Positions 10,705 through 19,812 of a DNA stretch of 64,000 nt are shown here, in pieces; the first letter of the stretch is position 1; the number at the start of each line of letters is the position of its first letter. Source of the stretch: Candidatus Babeliales bacterium (GTDB lineage: Bacteria; Babelota; Babeliae; Babelales; JBFXEV01); NCBI GenBank assembly GCA_050179755.1, contig JBFXEV010000001.1, positions 1,321,994-1,385,993 on the forward strand, in the 5' to 3' direction. The notes beneath the pieces were generated by a model, which saw only the letters and a program-made list of their open reading frames with translations, searched no databases and was not told the DNA's origin. The translations under genes and the position numbers were made by a program.

Positions 10705-12426
10705 GTGAATAAACTATTAAAACAACTTCTTACACTTGCGCTCATTGCGAATGTAATGAGCATTTACTCAAGTCCCTTTAATAAAAGAGATACGTATGGC
10801 AAACCTTTTTTTGCAGCAAGATCACAAGGTGATAATTTAGCACGTAGATTAGTTGGTGAAGTAAATGAATTAGTGCCTTGTTTTTGCGGCATGAATGGCG
10901 TACTTTCAATTACCGCAGAATATACTGAAACCTTTCATGACAATGCTATTGGCAGGTATTTTTCATTCCGTCCACCTATCCCTGAACTTTGCCCATGCGA
11001 TGATCTTTGCGCACCCGACAGCACGTCTAGAAACAGTACAAGCATTGAGCAGCCTGATACTAATAGAATGTTTTTTAGAGGATTGTTTACCGATCCTGAG
11101 CCCTCGCCAGAAAATACCGATGTAATTGCAGAAAACTTTCTACTAGCAAGTACATTTAACGGCGAAGTCATACTAAAACCTAAAGTAACCAACGTCATTT
11201 TAGATTTTAATTGGCGCATGAATTTAGAAGGTCTTCGTGAAGGATTATATATAGATGTGGGTGTTCCAGTTGTATGGACACGATGGAATATGCACCTTGA
11301 AGAAATCACGGGCCCACAACCAGGTAATATAATAATACCCGCTTCGGCCGTTTTAGTAGAACCGTTTGAGGCGCCTGCTCCTGTGACAACTATAATTGAT
11401 GCGTGGCGAGGCCAAACTGATACCACTCTCACATTTGAAAGTACCACAGCAGGTCAAGCCCCCATTGATATCACCATAGAGCCAATGCTCTTTGCAAGAA
11501 TAAACGGGCGCCAGAAAAAACGTGGGATTGCTGACGTACATTTTGCTCTGGGCAGAAATTTTGTATGCACCGAATATAGCCATATGGCAGTAGACTTACG
11601 TGTAATTGCACCTACTGGCACAAGACCAGAAGGCAGATTTGTATTTGAACCAATTGTTGGTAACGGCCATCATGTGGGTGTTGGTGGTGGTATGTCTGCA
11701 CACACTACTTTATGGCAACGGGATTGCCCAGATCGTGCTATGAACATTTGGCTTGAAGGCGTCATTTATCATCTTTTTAAAACAAAACAACGCCGAACTT
11801 TTGATCTAAGACCGCGTGAAGGCATGTGTGACCCGCTGAATGAGCAAACTCGCAATATTGGCAGCAGATATTTACTCCTCAAGCGATTTAATCCCGATGG
11901 TACATTTGCCAACGCGTTTGTTCCTGGCCCCAACGCAACCACTCTTAATGCAGATGTAGCTATTAACGTTATGGGCGAATTTGTGGTGCTCTTTGATTAT
12001 CAATGGTCAAACGTATCATTTGATATTGGCTATAACCTCTGGGGTAGAAGCCAAGAAAGTATTACCATCACTGACGAAATCCCCGAAAACACGTTTGGCA
12101 TATTGGGCGGCACACCAATTGATAACAATGTTCCAGGTGCTGCAAATCGAACAAATAGTGAAGCAAGGATCAATGGCATAGGCTACTCGACTTCTGGTGA
12201 TGTCCCAGATCCAGTTTTTCTGCGTACATGCGATCTTGATTCAAGAGCTGCTCAAGCGCCAGCTGCACTCACCAACAAAATATTTGCTCATTTAGGATAC
12301 ACCTTTGAAGGTTGTTATTATGCAGTATTTATGGGAATAGGTGGCGAGGTAGAATTTTCAGGCATAAGAAATAATGCGTTTAATCAATGGGGCGTTTGGG
12401 GTAAATTAGGCTTTGCGTTTATGTAG
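10705..12426 (+). CDS. Putative outer-membrane beta-barrel protein, paralog 3 (GTG start)
   Basis: Same motif series; ends WGVWGKLGFAFM. Confidence 0.75.
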   Translation: MNKLLKQLLTLALIANVMSIYSSPFNKRDTYGKPFFAARSQGDNLARRLVGEVNELVPCFCGMNGVLSITAEYTETFHDNAIGRYFSFRPPIPELCPCDDLCAPDSTSRNSTSIEQPDTNRMFFRGLFTDPEPSPENTDVIAENFLLASTFNGEVILKPKVTNVILDFNWRMNLEGLREGLYIDVGVPVVWTRWNMHLEEITGPQPGNIIIPASAVLVEPFEAPAPVTTIIDAWRGQTDTTLTFESTTAGQAPIDITIEPMLFARINGRQKKRGIADVHFALGRNFVCTEYSHMAVDLRVIAPTGTRPEGRFVFEPIVGNGHHVGVGGGMSAHTTLWQRDCPDRAMNIWLEGVIYHLFKTKQRRTFDLRPREGMCDPLNEQTRNIGSRYLLLKRFNPDGTFANAFVPGPNATTLNADVAINVMGEFVVLFDYQWSNVSFDIGYNLWGRSQESITITDEIPENTFGILGGTPIDNNVPGAANRTNSEARINGIGYSTSGDVPDPVFLRTCDLDSRAAQAPAALTNKIFAHLGYTFEGCYYAVFMGIGGEVEFSGIRNNAFNQWGVWGKLGFAFM

Positions 12427-12507
12427 TCTACTGACAAACCTAAGTAATTATGGTACAACATTAAAAAGATAAATAATTGTAATGCAGCATAAGGAGATTA
12501 GTAACTC

Positions 12508-14019
12508 ATGATAGCCCAACCCATTCGCATACTCACCTTGTTGAGCATTACCTGCTTATTGTCAACAACGCTCTTGGCAGTAACTGGTCGTTCTCAATTT
12601 ACCATTCGTTCACAAGGCATGAATATGCCACGCAACATGGTAGGCATGGAACCTTATGATTATTGCCTAAAGGACGGATTTCCTTGTTTCTATTTTGGCA
12701 TAACACCCGCATTCTCTCAATCATTCTCCGATGATAATCTTGAACAATATCTTTTCTTTAACGGCACTAATACCATGACGTTTGGACCATTAGGCGATCG
12801 CGAGACAGACGTTTTTGCACGTAACTTTTTATTGAATGATGACTTTCGCGGCAATGTGACCATTAAGCCTGATATACAAAGCATGGTGCTTGATCTGCAG
12901 TTTCGCATAAGCCTTAATAAAATAGCATGCGGCCTTTATTTAGAAACATATATTCCTGTAACATGGTCCCAATGGGATTTGCATATGGAAGAACGTGTGC
13001 GTTCTTCAGGAACTTTTGTTGAAGCAAATAAACTCGGCAATGCTACTCGAGAAAATTCATTCTTAAAAACTATTATTCGTGCATGGCAAGGTGACACCAT
13101 AGATGTAAACACGTTCCCTGCCGTACGAAACGACATGGACTTTGCCACCGTCAATGGAAAAAGATCAGAAATAGCGCTGGCAGATGTTTATTTAGGATTA
13201 GGTTACACGATAATAAAAAAACCAGATTGGCAAGTTGATTTGCAACTTCTGTATATAGCGCCTGCTGGCAAACGACCAGAACCGCGCTATTTTTTTAATG
13301 CACAAGTAGGTAATGGCAAGCATAATGCTATTGGTGGCGCGCTGCATACGTATCATAACGTATTTACCGGCGACGATACTGCTCTCACCGGTGTTTTTGA
13401 TATTCGCGCATATCACTTTTTTGGCGCAAGCCAACGCAGAACCTTTGATTTAAATGCCAACGGGATTGGCAGTAGATACTTATTATTCAAACGCTTCAAC
13501 CCAGACACTGGCACTCCTACGGGAGAAATTGTTTTTGGACCAAACGTAACCACCCTTGATTGTAATGTGAGCGTAGGCGCCGTTGCAGAAGCTACCATGA
13601 TGGCAACCTATGATTGGTACAAATGGCAATTTAATGTTGGGGCCAATGCATGGATACAATCAAAAGAACACATCACCCTCAAACAAGACATTCCTGCTCG
13701 TACGTTCGGCATTCAAGGCAATACCAATAGCAACGCCAATCAAACAGCCAGCCAAACGCTCATCAACGGGCAAAATGCAAATATGTTTGATCCTTTAGGG
13801 TTTCCTGTTTTTATAGGAACTGCCAGCATTAATCTTGATTCGGCCAAAACACCCACTGCAACCTCATATATGCTTTTTGCACATGCATCCCGAACCTGGA
13901 AAAACAATCCTCTTGAGCCGTTTGTGGGCATTGGAGGCGAGCTTGAACTATCGGCGTTCTCCAATAAGGCACTTGAACAGTTTAGTATATGGTTTAAAGC
14001 CGGATTTAGTTACGCGTAA
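12508..14019 (+). CDS. Putative outer-membrane beta-barrel protein, paralog 4
   Basis: AAGGAG RBS; RSQG, GNGKH, GSRYLLFKRF, GPNVTT; ends WFKAGFSYA. Confidence 0.75.
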   Translation: MIAQPIRILTLLSITCLLSTTLLAVTGRSQFTIRSQGMNMPRNMVGMEPYDYCLKDGFPCFYFGITPAFSQSFSDDNLEQYLFFNGTNTMTFGPLGDRETDVFARNFLLNDDFRGNVTIKPDIQSMVLDLQFRISLNKIACGLYLETYIPVTWSQWDLHMEERVRSSGTFVEANKLGNATRENSFLKTIIRAWQGDTIDVNTFPAVRNDMDFATVNGKRSEIALADVYLGLGYTIIKKPDWQVDLQLLYIAPAGKRPEPRYFFNAQVGNGKHNAIGGALHTYHNVFTGDDTALTGVFDIRAYHFFGASQRRTFDLNANGIGSRYLLFKRFNPDTGTPTGEIVFGPNVTTLDCNVSVGAVAEATMMATYDWYKWQFNVGANAWIQSKEHITLKQDIPARTFGIQGNTNSNANQTASQTLINGQNANMFDPLGFPVFIGTASINLDSAKTPTATSYMLFAHASRTWKNNPLEPFVGIGGELELSAFSNKALEQFSIWFKAGFSYA

Positions 14020-14277
14020 CGTAACAGACAGGGAACACAACCTGTTATTCTACAAAGCCACAGGGGGCCTTATTCAAAAACAACCCTATCTGTAATATAA
14101 AATTCATAAAAAACAATACGCTTCCATGCATAGCAAAAACATGATCCAGTGCGGTTTTATGAAAAAACAAGGTTAAACCCTTGATATTTAATTACTATTT
14201 GTGCGATATTGATAGTGAACATGAGCGCCATGATCAATGTAAGGAAATAGTAATAACAATAATCAAAAGGAGAAGCC

Positions 14278-14628
14278 ATGAAAAAGCTTTTATCTCTTGT
14301 AGCAGTTTTAGCATTACTTGCATCTTTTGATGCTTTCGGTGGTCGCTGCGGTCGTCGTTCATGTGCTCCAGCATGTGAAACACGTTGTGCAGCTCCATGT
14401 GAGACAGTATGTGCTCCAGCTTGCGAAACTCAAGTTTTAGAAACAGTAAGACAATGTGAACCTAAACCGGTTTGTCGTACTATCGTTTGTTCAGAACCTA
14501 AACAGGTTTGCACAGAGCAAAAGATTGTTCGCTGCCACTGGGTTTGCCCACCTAACTGTCAAGAATTTGCATCTGAAGAAGCAGCATCAGCTGCTAACCG
14601 CGGCTTGGAAGGCACAAAAGGCTACTAA
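14278..14628 (+). CDS. Small exported cysteine-rich protein (14 Cys, CAPACET repeats)
   Basis: Strong RBS AAAGGAG, signal peptide MKKLLSLVAVLALLASFDAFG, downstream hairpin. Confidence 0.85.
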   Translation: MKKLLSLVAVLALLASFDAFGGRCGRRSCAPACETRCAAPCETVCAPACETQVLETVRQCEPKPVCRTIVCSEPKQVCTEQKIVRCHWVCPPNCQEFASEEAASAANRGLEGTKGY

Positions 14629-14652
14629 TCCCGGTTTCGATCTAGACTTATG

Positions 14653-14690
14653 TTGTTCCCCCGAACTTATTGCAAGTTCTGGGGAACAAT
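14653..14690. terminator. Hairpin between convergent genes (likely bidirectional terminator)
   Basis: TTGTTCCCCCGAACTT-ATTGC-AAGTTCTGGGGAACAA. Confidence 0.7.
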
Positions 14691-14696
14691 GTTTAT

Positions 14697-14939
14697 TTAC
14701 TTAACTTTCATTAATGCATCAGCCGCCTGATTGACCGTATCAATATTCATGGTCGCCTGTTCAGGAATGGTAATATCAAATGCATCTTCAACCTTCATTA
14801 ATATCTCCATCAAATCAAGAGAATCTGCGCCCATAGCTTTAAATGATGCGTCAGGATTTATATTGTGAGCATCAACTTTAAGCACTTCGGCAACAAGTGC
14901 GCGTATTTTATCGGTGGTTTCTTGACGTGAAAGACCCAT
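14697..14939 (-). CDS. acpP: Acyl carrier protein
   Basis: GADSLDLMEILMKVEDAFDITIP with the phosphopantetheine Ser. Confidence 0.93.
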   Translation of the reverse strand: MGLSRQETTDKIRALVAEVLKVDAHNINPDASFKAMGADSLDLMEILMKVEDAFDITIPEQATMNIDTVNQAADALMKVK

Positions 14940-15900
14940 ATGTTTCCTTTAATTTCTCAGGTTGTTGCGCCAAAACAATGATCGCAAGTTCATCAATATC
15001 GTCTTGTTTATTAATAGTGTATATTTGTTTGTGTGGCCATACAGCCTTGATTAAATGAGTAAGTGTACTGCCAGGGCCTATTTCAAGCACCACGTCCCAG
15101 AGCGCAACATGCACCATAAGTTTATCCCAACGCACAGGGCTTGTTATTTGATCGAATAGGGCAGAAGCCAATAAATCACCTTTCACGCGAGCAACGCCGT
15201 CAACGCAAGAAATAAGCGGTATCTGTGCATCTTTAATATCAACTTTTTCACCATACATTTCAAGCGTATCAGTAATTGGTTGCATAATTGCCGAATGCAT
15301 GCCACCATCAAGAGCGCGGTCAGTTACTTTTGCGCCAGCTTCTTTTGCAAGCATACCAACAGCATCAACTGCTATTTTATGCCCTGCAATGATTGCTGCA
15401 GTAGGACTTATATATGCGGTTATGTTTGCTTGCTGCTTGCCAGATGATGCTTCTTTGCAGTATTGCTTAAGTGAGCGAACATCACCGTGCTCTACATAGA
15501 TACAGCGTAATGTATGCGTATTCAAGATCGATTGATAGAGCTGCGCATATTTAGTAAGAAAATAAAGGCCATCTGGAAAACTAAGACTCCCTGCATATTG
15601 AAGTGCAGCAAATTCGCCCAGACCAAATCCTGCAACAGCTACTGGCTTGATTCCTTGCTGCCTGACAAGCGATCCAATAGCAGAACTCATAAGGAATAGC
15701 GAAGCATAAGCATGCTCTATACGTGCAAGTTCATGATCAGAAGAGGCAAAACATAATTTTACAAAATTGGTATTAAGACAGTGAGACGCTTCTTCAAAAT
15801 ACTCTTGCATGAGCCGTGAACTATCATATAATTCCTTGCCCATCCCCACGTGTTGACTGCCGAACTCCGGAAATAATAATCCTACTTTCATGATGCTCAT
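14908..15900 (-). CDS. fabD: FabD-like ACP S-malonyltransferase homolog with degenerate active site
   Basis: FPEFGSQHVGMG, GFGLGE in place of GHSLGE, GMHS, QITSPVRW, EIGPG. Confidence 0.85.
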   Translation of the reverse strand: MSIMKVGLLFPEFGSQHVGMGKELYDSSRLMQEYFEEASHCLNTNFVKLCFASSDHELARIEHAYASLFLMSSAIGSLVRQQGIKPVAVAGFGLGEFAALQYAGSLSFPDGLYFLTKYAQLYQSILNTHTLRCIYVEHGDVRSLKQYCKEASSGKQQANITAYISPTAAIIAGHKIAVDAVGMLAKEAGAKVTDRALDGGMHSAIMQPITDTLEMYGEKVDIKDAQIPLISCVDGVARVKGDLLASALFDQITSPVRWDKLMVHVALWDVVLEIGPGSTLTHLIKAVWPHKQIYTINKQDDIDELAIIVLAQQPEKLKETYGSFTSRNHR

Positions 15901-15926
15901 CTCTCTTTTCTTTTGGCTTTACCAAC

Positions 15927-17333
15927 CTATAACGATGACGCAAACTCTTGTATTCGCTTAATTGAAGTTTCTTTACCTAAAACACTCAATAAGTCAAAAA
16001 CGCCTGGACTTTGTGTTTTACCCAAAAGAGCTAGCCTTATGGGTTGCGCAATTTCAGGCATTTTTACATCTGCCTCTTTTGCAAGCTGTTTACAAATACT
16101 TTGTACATGCTGTGCATCAAAAATTGCACTTGCTTTTATTTCATCTATAAATTGAGAAAGTACTAGTGCCGTTTTTGGCGTAATATACTGCGCGCGATCA
16201 ACATCAGTAAGCGGCAACGGCCCCTGTGCAAGCAATATGATCTCATCAACTAAAGCTCGCAGCGTTGAAGCACGCTCTTTATAAAGACCAATAAGCACTA
16301 CAAGTTGTTGTTTGGTCCAAGGAACACGATCAAAAAGATCTTTTTGAATGTACTGCACTATATAGGCAAGCAGCAATTCATTATCAGCAGCGCGCATATA
16401 AATGCCATTAATAGAATCTAATTTTTCCGGATCAAAAACAGCTGCGCTTTTGCCAATACCTTTAATACTAAATAACTCTATAAGCTCTTGCCTGGTGAAT
16501 ATTTCTTGGTTACCATGAGACCAACCAAGTCGCGCCAAATAATTGCATAACGCCTCAGGTAAATAACCATTGGTTTGATAATCAAGCACCGATGTTGCAG
16601 CATCACGCTTACTCAATCTACCACCAGATGCTCCCATAATAAGCGGCAAATGAGCAAACTGAGGAGGTTGCCATCCAAACGCTTGATACAGCACTATCTG
16701 TTTTGGGGTATTTGAGATGTGATCCTCTCCGCGAATAATATGCGTAATTTCCATATCATGATCATCAACAACTACCACAAAATTATACACGGGCGCTCCA
16801 TCAGATCGCGCGATAATAAAATCATCAAGCTGCTCAAGAGAAATGGTGATCGGCCCACGAATAAGATCTTCAAACGTAATCGCTTCTTGATGCTCAATTG
16901 GCAATTTAATGCGTACCACATACGGCTTACCCGTGACATCAAAAGTAAATTTCTGAGCTCGGCAAGCGCCATCATATTTCATATACGTTTCTTTAGAAGC
17001 ACCAAGACCTATAGAGCAATAGCAACGATACGCTTTACCTCGTTCTACAAGATCATTAATCATTTTTTGATGATGCTTAATACGCTCAGATTGAATAACT
17101 ACTGGCTCGTCGGGCGTTATATCTGTCCAACGCAATGCTTCTAAAATTGCATCTGTATATTCTTTACGTGAACGCTCAAGATCAGTATCTTCAATACGAA
17201 GCAAAAACTGACCATTATTATGACGTGCAAATAAGAAATTAAACAATGCAGTCCGCAAGCCCCCAATGTGTAAATGCCCCGTTGGTGATGGTGCAAAACG
17301 CACACGGATAGAAGATTGTGGTAAAGATGACAT
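15927..17333 (-). CDS. gltX: Glutamate--tRNA ligase
   Basis: RFAPSPTGHLHIGG, RIEDTD, IRGEDH, RLSKR. Confidence 0.97.
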   Translation of the reverse strand: MSSLPQSSIRVRFAPSPTGHLHIGGLRTALFNFLFARHNNGQFLLRIEDTDLERSRKEYTDAILEALRWTDITPDEPVVIQSERIKHHQKMINDLVERGKAYRCYCSIGLGASKETYMKYDGACRAQKFTFDVTGKPYVVRIKLPIEHQEAITFEDLIRGPITISLEQLDDFIIARSDGAPVYNFVVVVDDHDMEITHIIRGEDHISNTPKQIVLYQAFGWQPPQFAHLPLIMGASGGRLSKRDAATSVLDYQTNGYLPEALCNYLARLGWSHGNQEIFTRQELIELFSIKGIGKSAAVFDPEKLDSINGIYMRAADNELLLAYIVQYIQKDLFDRVPWTKQQLVVLIGLYKERASTLRALVDEIILLAQGPLPLTDVDRAQYITPKTALVLSQFIDEIKASAIFDAQHVQSICKQLAKEADVKMPEIAQPIRLALLGKTQSPGVFDLLSVLGKETSIKRIQEFASSL

Positions 17334-17359
17334 TTGTTTGCAACCTTTATGATAGTATA

Positions 17360-18037
17360 TTAAGCAAGACGATCAATTTGTTCTTGAGCAAGACCTGCCC
17401 ACACCGACTGCGCTACCGGCTCTTTGCTTTCTTTATAGGTAGTAACTAATTGATCAAATACTTTACGCGCTTGATCGGTTTTACGTTCTTGCGCATATGC
17501 TTTACCTAGACGATATAATGCTTCATCATGCACTAATGATTTTGAATCTTGAGCCAATTTTTCAAGTGATGCAAGGCCTTCTTTGCGAATAGCGTCATCT
17601 TGCGTATTTAACTCTAAGCGAGCAAGTTTAAGAGCATAAAAATCAGTGAGCGGTGCTTTTTTAGGCATGCTTGCCAACGCATTCTTTAATTGCTCTCTAC
17701 CTTGATCAATTTTACCTTGCTCAATAAATGCGCCTGCTTCAATTGCCAAAAAATAAGGAGCAAGATCTGAACTGCTGTGTTGGTGGTATGCCGTGCGCGC
17801 AGCTACCTCTACGTCTTGCCATGCTTCTGGCCTTGTTCCAGCGCGGGTGACCTCTGCAAGCACTTCTGTAAGCGTAGTATGCGCTCTTGCATCTTGTTCA
17901 ACACGGTAAACGCGCACATAATAATATGCGCCAATAAGTATTGCACCAACAAGAGCTGCTGCTACCAATGATTTCATATTACGCTCAAGAATATCTTGAA
18001 TGTGGTCTAGTGAAAAATTTTGATCAATGCCTGTCAT
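17360..18037 (-). CDS. Membrane-anchored TPR protein (YfgM-like)
   Basis: Single N-terminal TM helix, then TPR-like helices (EALYRLGKAY..ARKVFDQL). Confidence 0.7.
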   Translation of the reverse strand: MTGIDQNFSLDHIQDILERNMKSLVAAALVGAILIGAYYYVRVYRVEQDARAHTTLTEVLAEVTRAGTRPEAWQDVEVAARTAYHQHSSSDLAPYFLAIEAGAFIEQGKIDQGREQLKNALASMPKKAPLTDFYALKLARLELNTQDDAIRKEGLASLEKLAQDSKSLVHDEALYRLGKAYAQERKTDQARKVFDQLVTTYKESKEPVAQSVWAGLAQEQIDRLA

Positions 18038-18204
18038 GAGAAACTCCGTAGTCCTTTATTTACATTTGATTAACAGATACTGAAGGAAAGGTACCATAGC
18101 TTAACAATTTGCGCAAGAAAAAAAATACTAAAAAAGTATGCCACCACAGTATAAAGCCGTAGTGGCATTTTTCATTTTTCAAACGCAACTGCACGCTCAA
18201 AGAT

Positions 18205-18468
18205 TTACTCTGATGCGTCAGCTTCTGGCGATTGTGCAGCTTGTCTTTGTGCAAGTGCAGATTGTGCTACTTGTCGAACCGCACCACGATCGGTTTTAGT
18301 TCTAATAACTTTTGCACCTTTATAAAAGCCACAGTTTTTACATGCAGTATGCGGCGCTACAGCTTGGCTGCATTCGCCACACGTTGCAAATGAAGTAACT
18401 TCAAGGCCCCAATTTGCATGTCTTGAGTCTCTACGCGCCCGGGAGCGCTTCCGTTTAGGTACTGGCAT
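18205..18468 (-). CDS. rpmF: 50S ribosomal protein L32 with C-terminal extension
   Basis: MPVPKRKRSRARRDSR..CGEC..PHTACKNCGFYKG. Confidence 0.95.
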   Translation of the reverse strand: MPVPKRKRSRARRDSRHANWGLEVTSFATCGECSQAVAPHTACKNCGFYKGAKVIRTKTDRGAVRQVAQSALAQRQAAQSPEADASE

Positions 18469-18590
18469 AGTAAATAATCTCCGAAATTCAGTAAAAATAC
18501 GTATTTTCTTAAGTTTTTATACCCGTTTAGTATAGCATGGAGAGGGCATATGAGCAACGATTTTTTACATAAAAAGCTAGGTCCTGCCGT

Positions 18591-18666
18591 CCCTCGATAC
18601 AATTCTACTTGGCTATCCTTCGACAAGCTCAGGACGAACGGAGGGAGAACCACTCAGGATGAGCGG
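18591..18666. repeat. REP-like repeat (family A nested in family B)
   Basis: Reverse complement closely matches 1847-1921. Confidence 0.8.
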
Positions 18667-18682
18667 TGAAATGAAGCTTAAT

Positions 18683-19804
18683 CTATATATGCCATAATCC
18701 AGCGTAGTTTTGCTGCACCCGCCCGGCCATTTGCAACTCAAAGAGCCTTGTTTGAACCTCAAATATATCAATTGAGAGTTTATGAGAAAGCTCGTCAACT
18801 GAAACTGGCTTGGCACATAATGCCACCAAACTATCTGTTTGCGGGTCAGCTTTTTTTACCGGCATGGCCAGGAGGCCTTCCTCTTGAGCCATTTGAGCGT
18901 CAATAGTCATTTGAGTAGGCGCATAGCTAAATATTGGCAACACGTTCAAAATATCCTCATGCGATTCCACAAGCGTTGCACCCTGGCGCAACAAGTTATT
19001 GCACCCTGCAGACAGTAAATCATCAATAGGCCCAGGAATTGCAAAAACCTCTCTGCCCTGCTCCAAGGCATAATTTGCCGTGATAAGCGCACCGCTCTTT
19101 TTGGCAGCTTGCACCACCAACGTGCCTTGCGCAAGGCCCGAAATTATACGATTTCGTGCCGGAAAATGCCCTGCATTAGCGTTCATGAGCAAGGGATATA
19201 CGCTCACAATAGCCCCGCCCGTGCGTACAATATGGGGAAACAATTCAATATTATCTTGGCGCGTTATGCGCAATAACCCGCAACCCATAACGGCAATGGT
19301 AGGAGTAGTACACGCAACAGCAGCATTATGCGCCATTGTGTCCACGCCACGCGCACCGCCACTCACAATTACCATGCCCCGCTCACAAAGCGGAGGAATC
19401 ACGCGGTCAATCACGCGTTGTGCATACTTATGCCCATCCCGTGAACCCACTACAGCAAGCGATGAAGGCATAGTTGGTAAGGTGCCACGCACATAGAGCC
19501 CAATAGGCGGCAAATGAATTTCTTTAAGATGTTCAGGAAAATGGGGATGCACAAATGACACCCAAGATATGTTATTATCTTTTAAAAGTTGTAATTCACG
19601 CTCAAGCACAGCATGAACTGATAACCCTTCTACAAGGCGCTGTGCTGTTTGTTCACTAAAAGCACAGCGCTCTTTAAAATCATGCGCAGTATATGTATAT
19701 ATTTCTTGAAGTTTATCTGGCCCCAAGCACGCAATCAAGCGCTTTGCTATAGCAGGGCCTAGACCATCAATGAGATTAAGATGAAGTAAAATTGACTCGG
19801 GCAT
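18683..19804 (-). CDS. dprA: DNA-processing protein DprA
   Basis: AVVGSR, IVSGGARGVD, FPARNRIISGL, SGALITA, GREVFAIPG. Confidence 0.96.
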   Translation of the reverse strand: MPESILLHLNLIDGLGPAIAKRLIACLGPDKLQEIYTYTAHDFKERCAFSEQTAQRLVEGLSVHAVLERELQLLKDNNISWVSFVHPHFPEHLKEIHLPPIGLYVRGTLPTMPSSLAVVGSRDGHKYAQRVIDRVIPPLCERGMVIVSGGARGVDTMAHNAAVACTTPTIAVMGCGLLRITRQDNIELFPHIVRTGGAIVSVYPLLMNANAGHFPARNRIISGLAQGTLVVQAAKKSGALITANYALEQGREVFAIPGPIDDLLSAGCNNLLRQGATLVESHEDILNVLPIFSYAPTQMTIDAQMAQEEGLLAMPVKKADPQTDSLVALCAKPVSVDELSHKLSIDIFEVQTRLFELQMAGRVQQNYAGLWHI

Positions 19805-19812
19805 ATGGCGCC

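Noticed and set aside
14024..14093. Inverted repeat ACAGACAGGG/CCCTATCTGT as a possible SRP RNA or riboswitch
   Set aside because: No SRP or riboswitch consensus recognised; may be only a 3' stem after barrel paralog 4.
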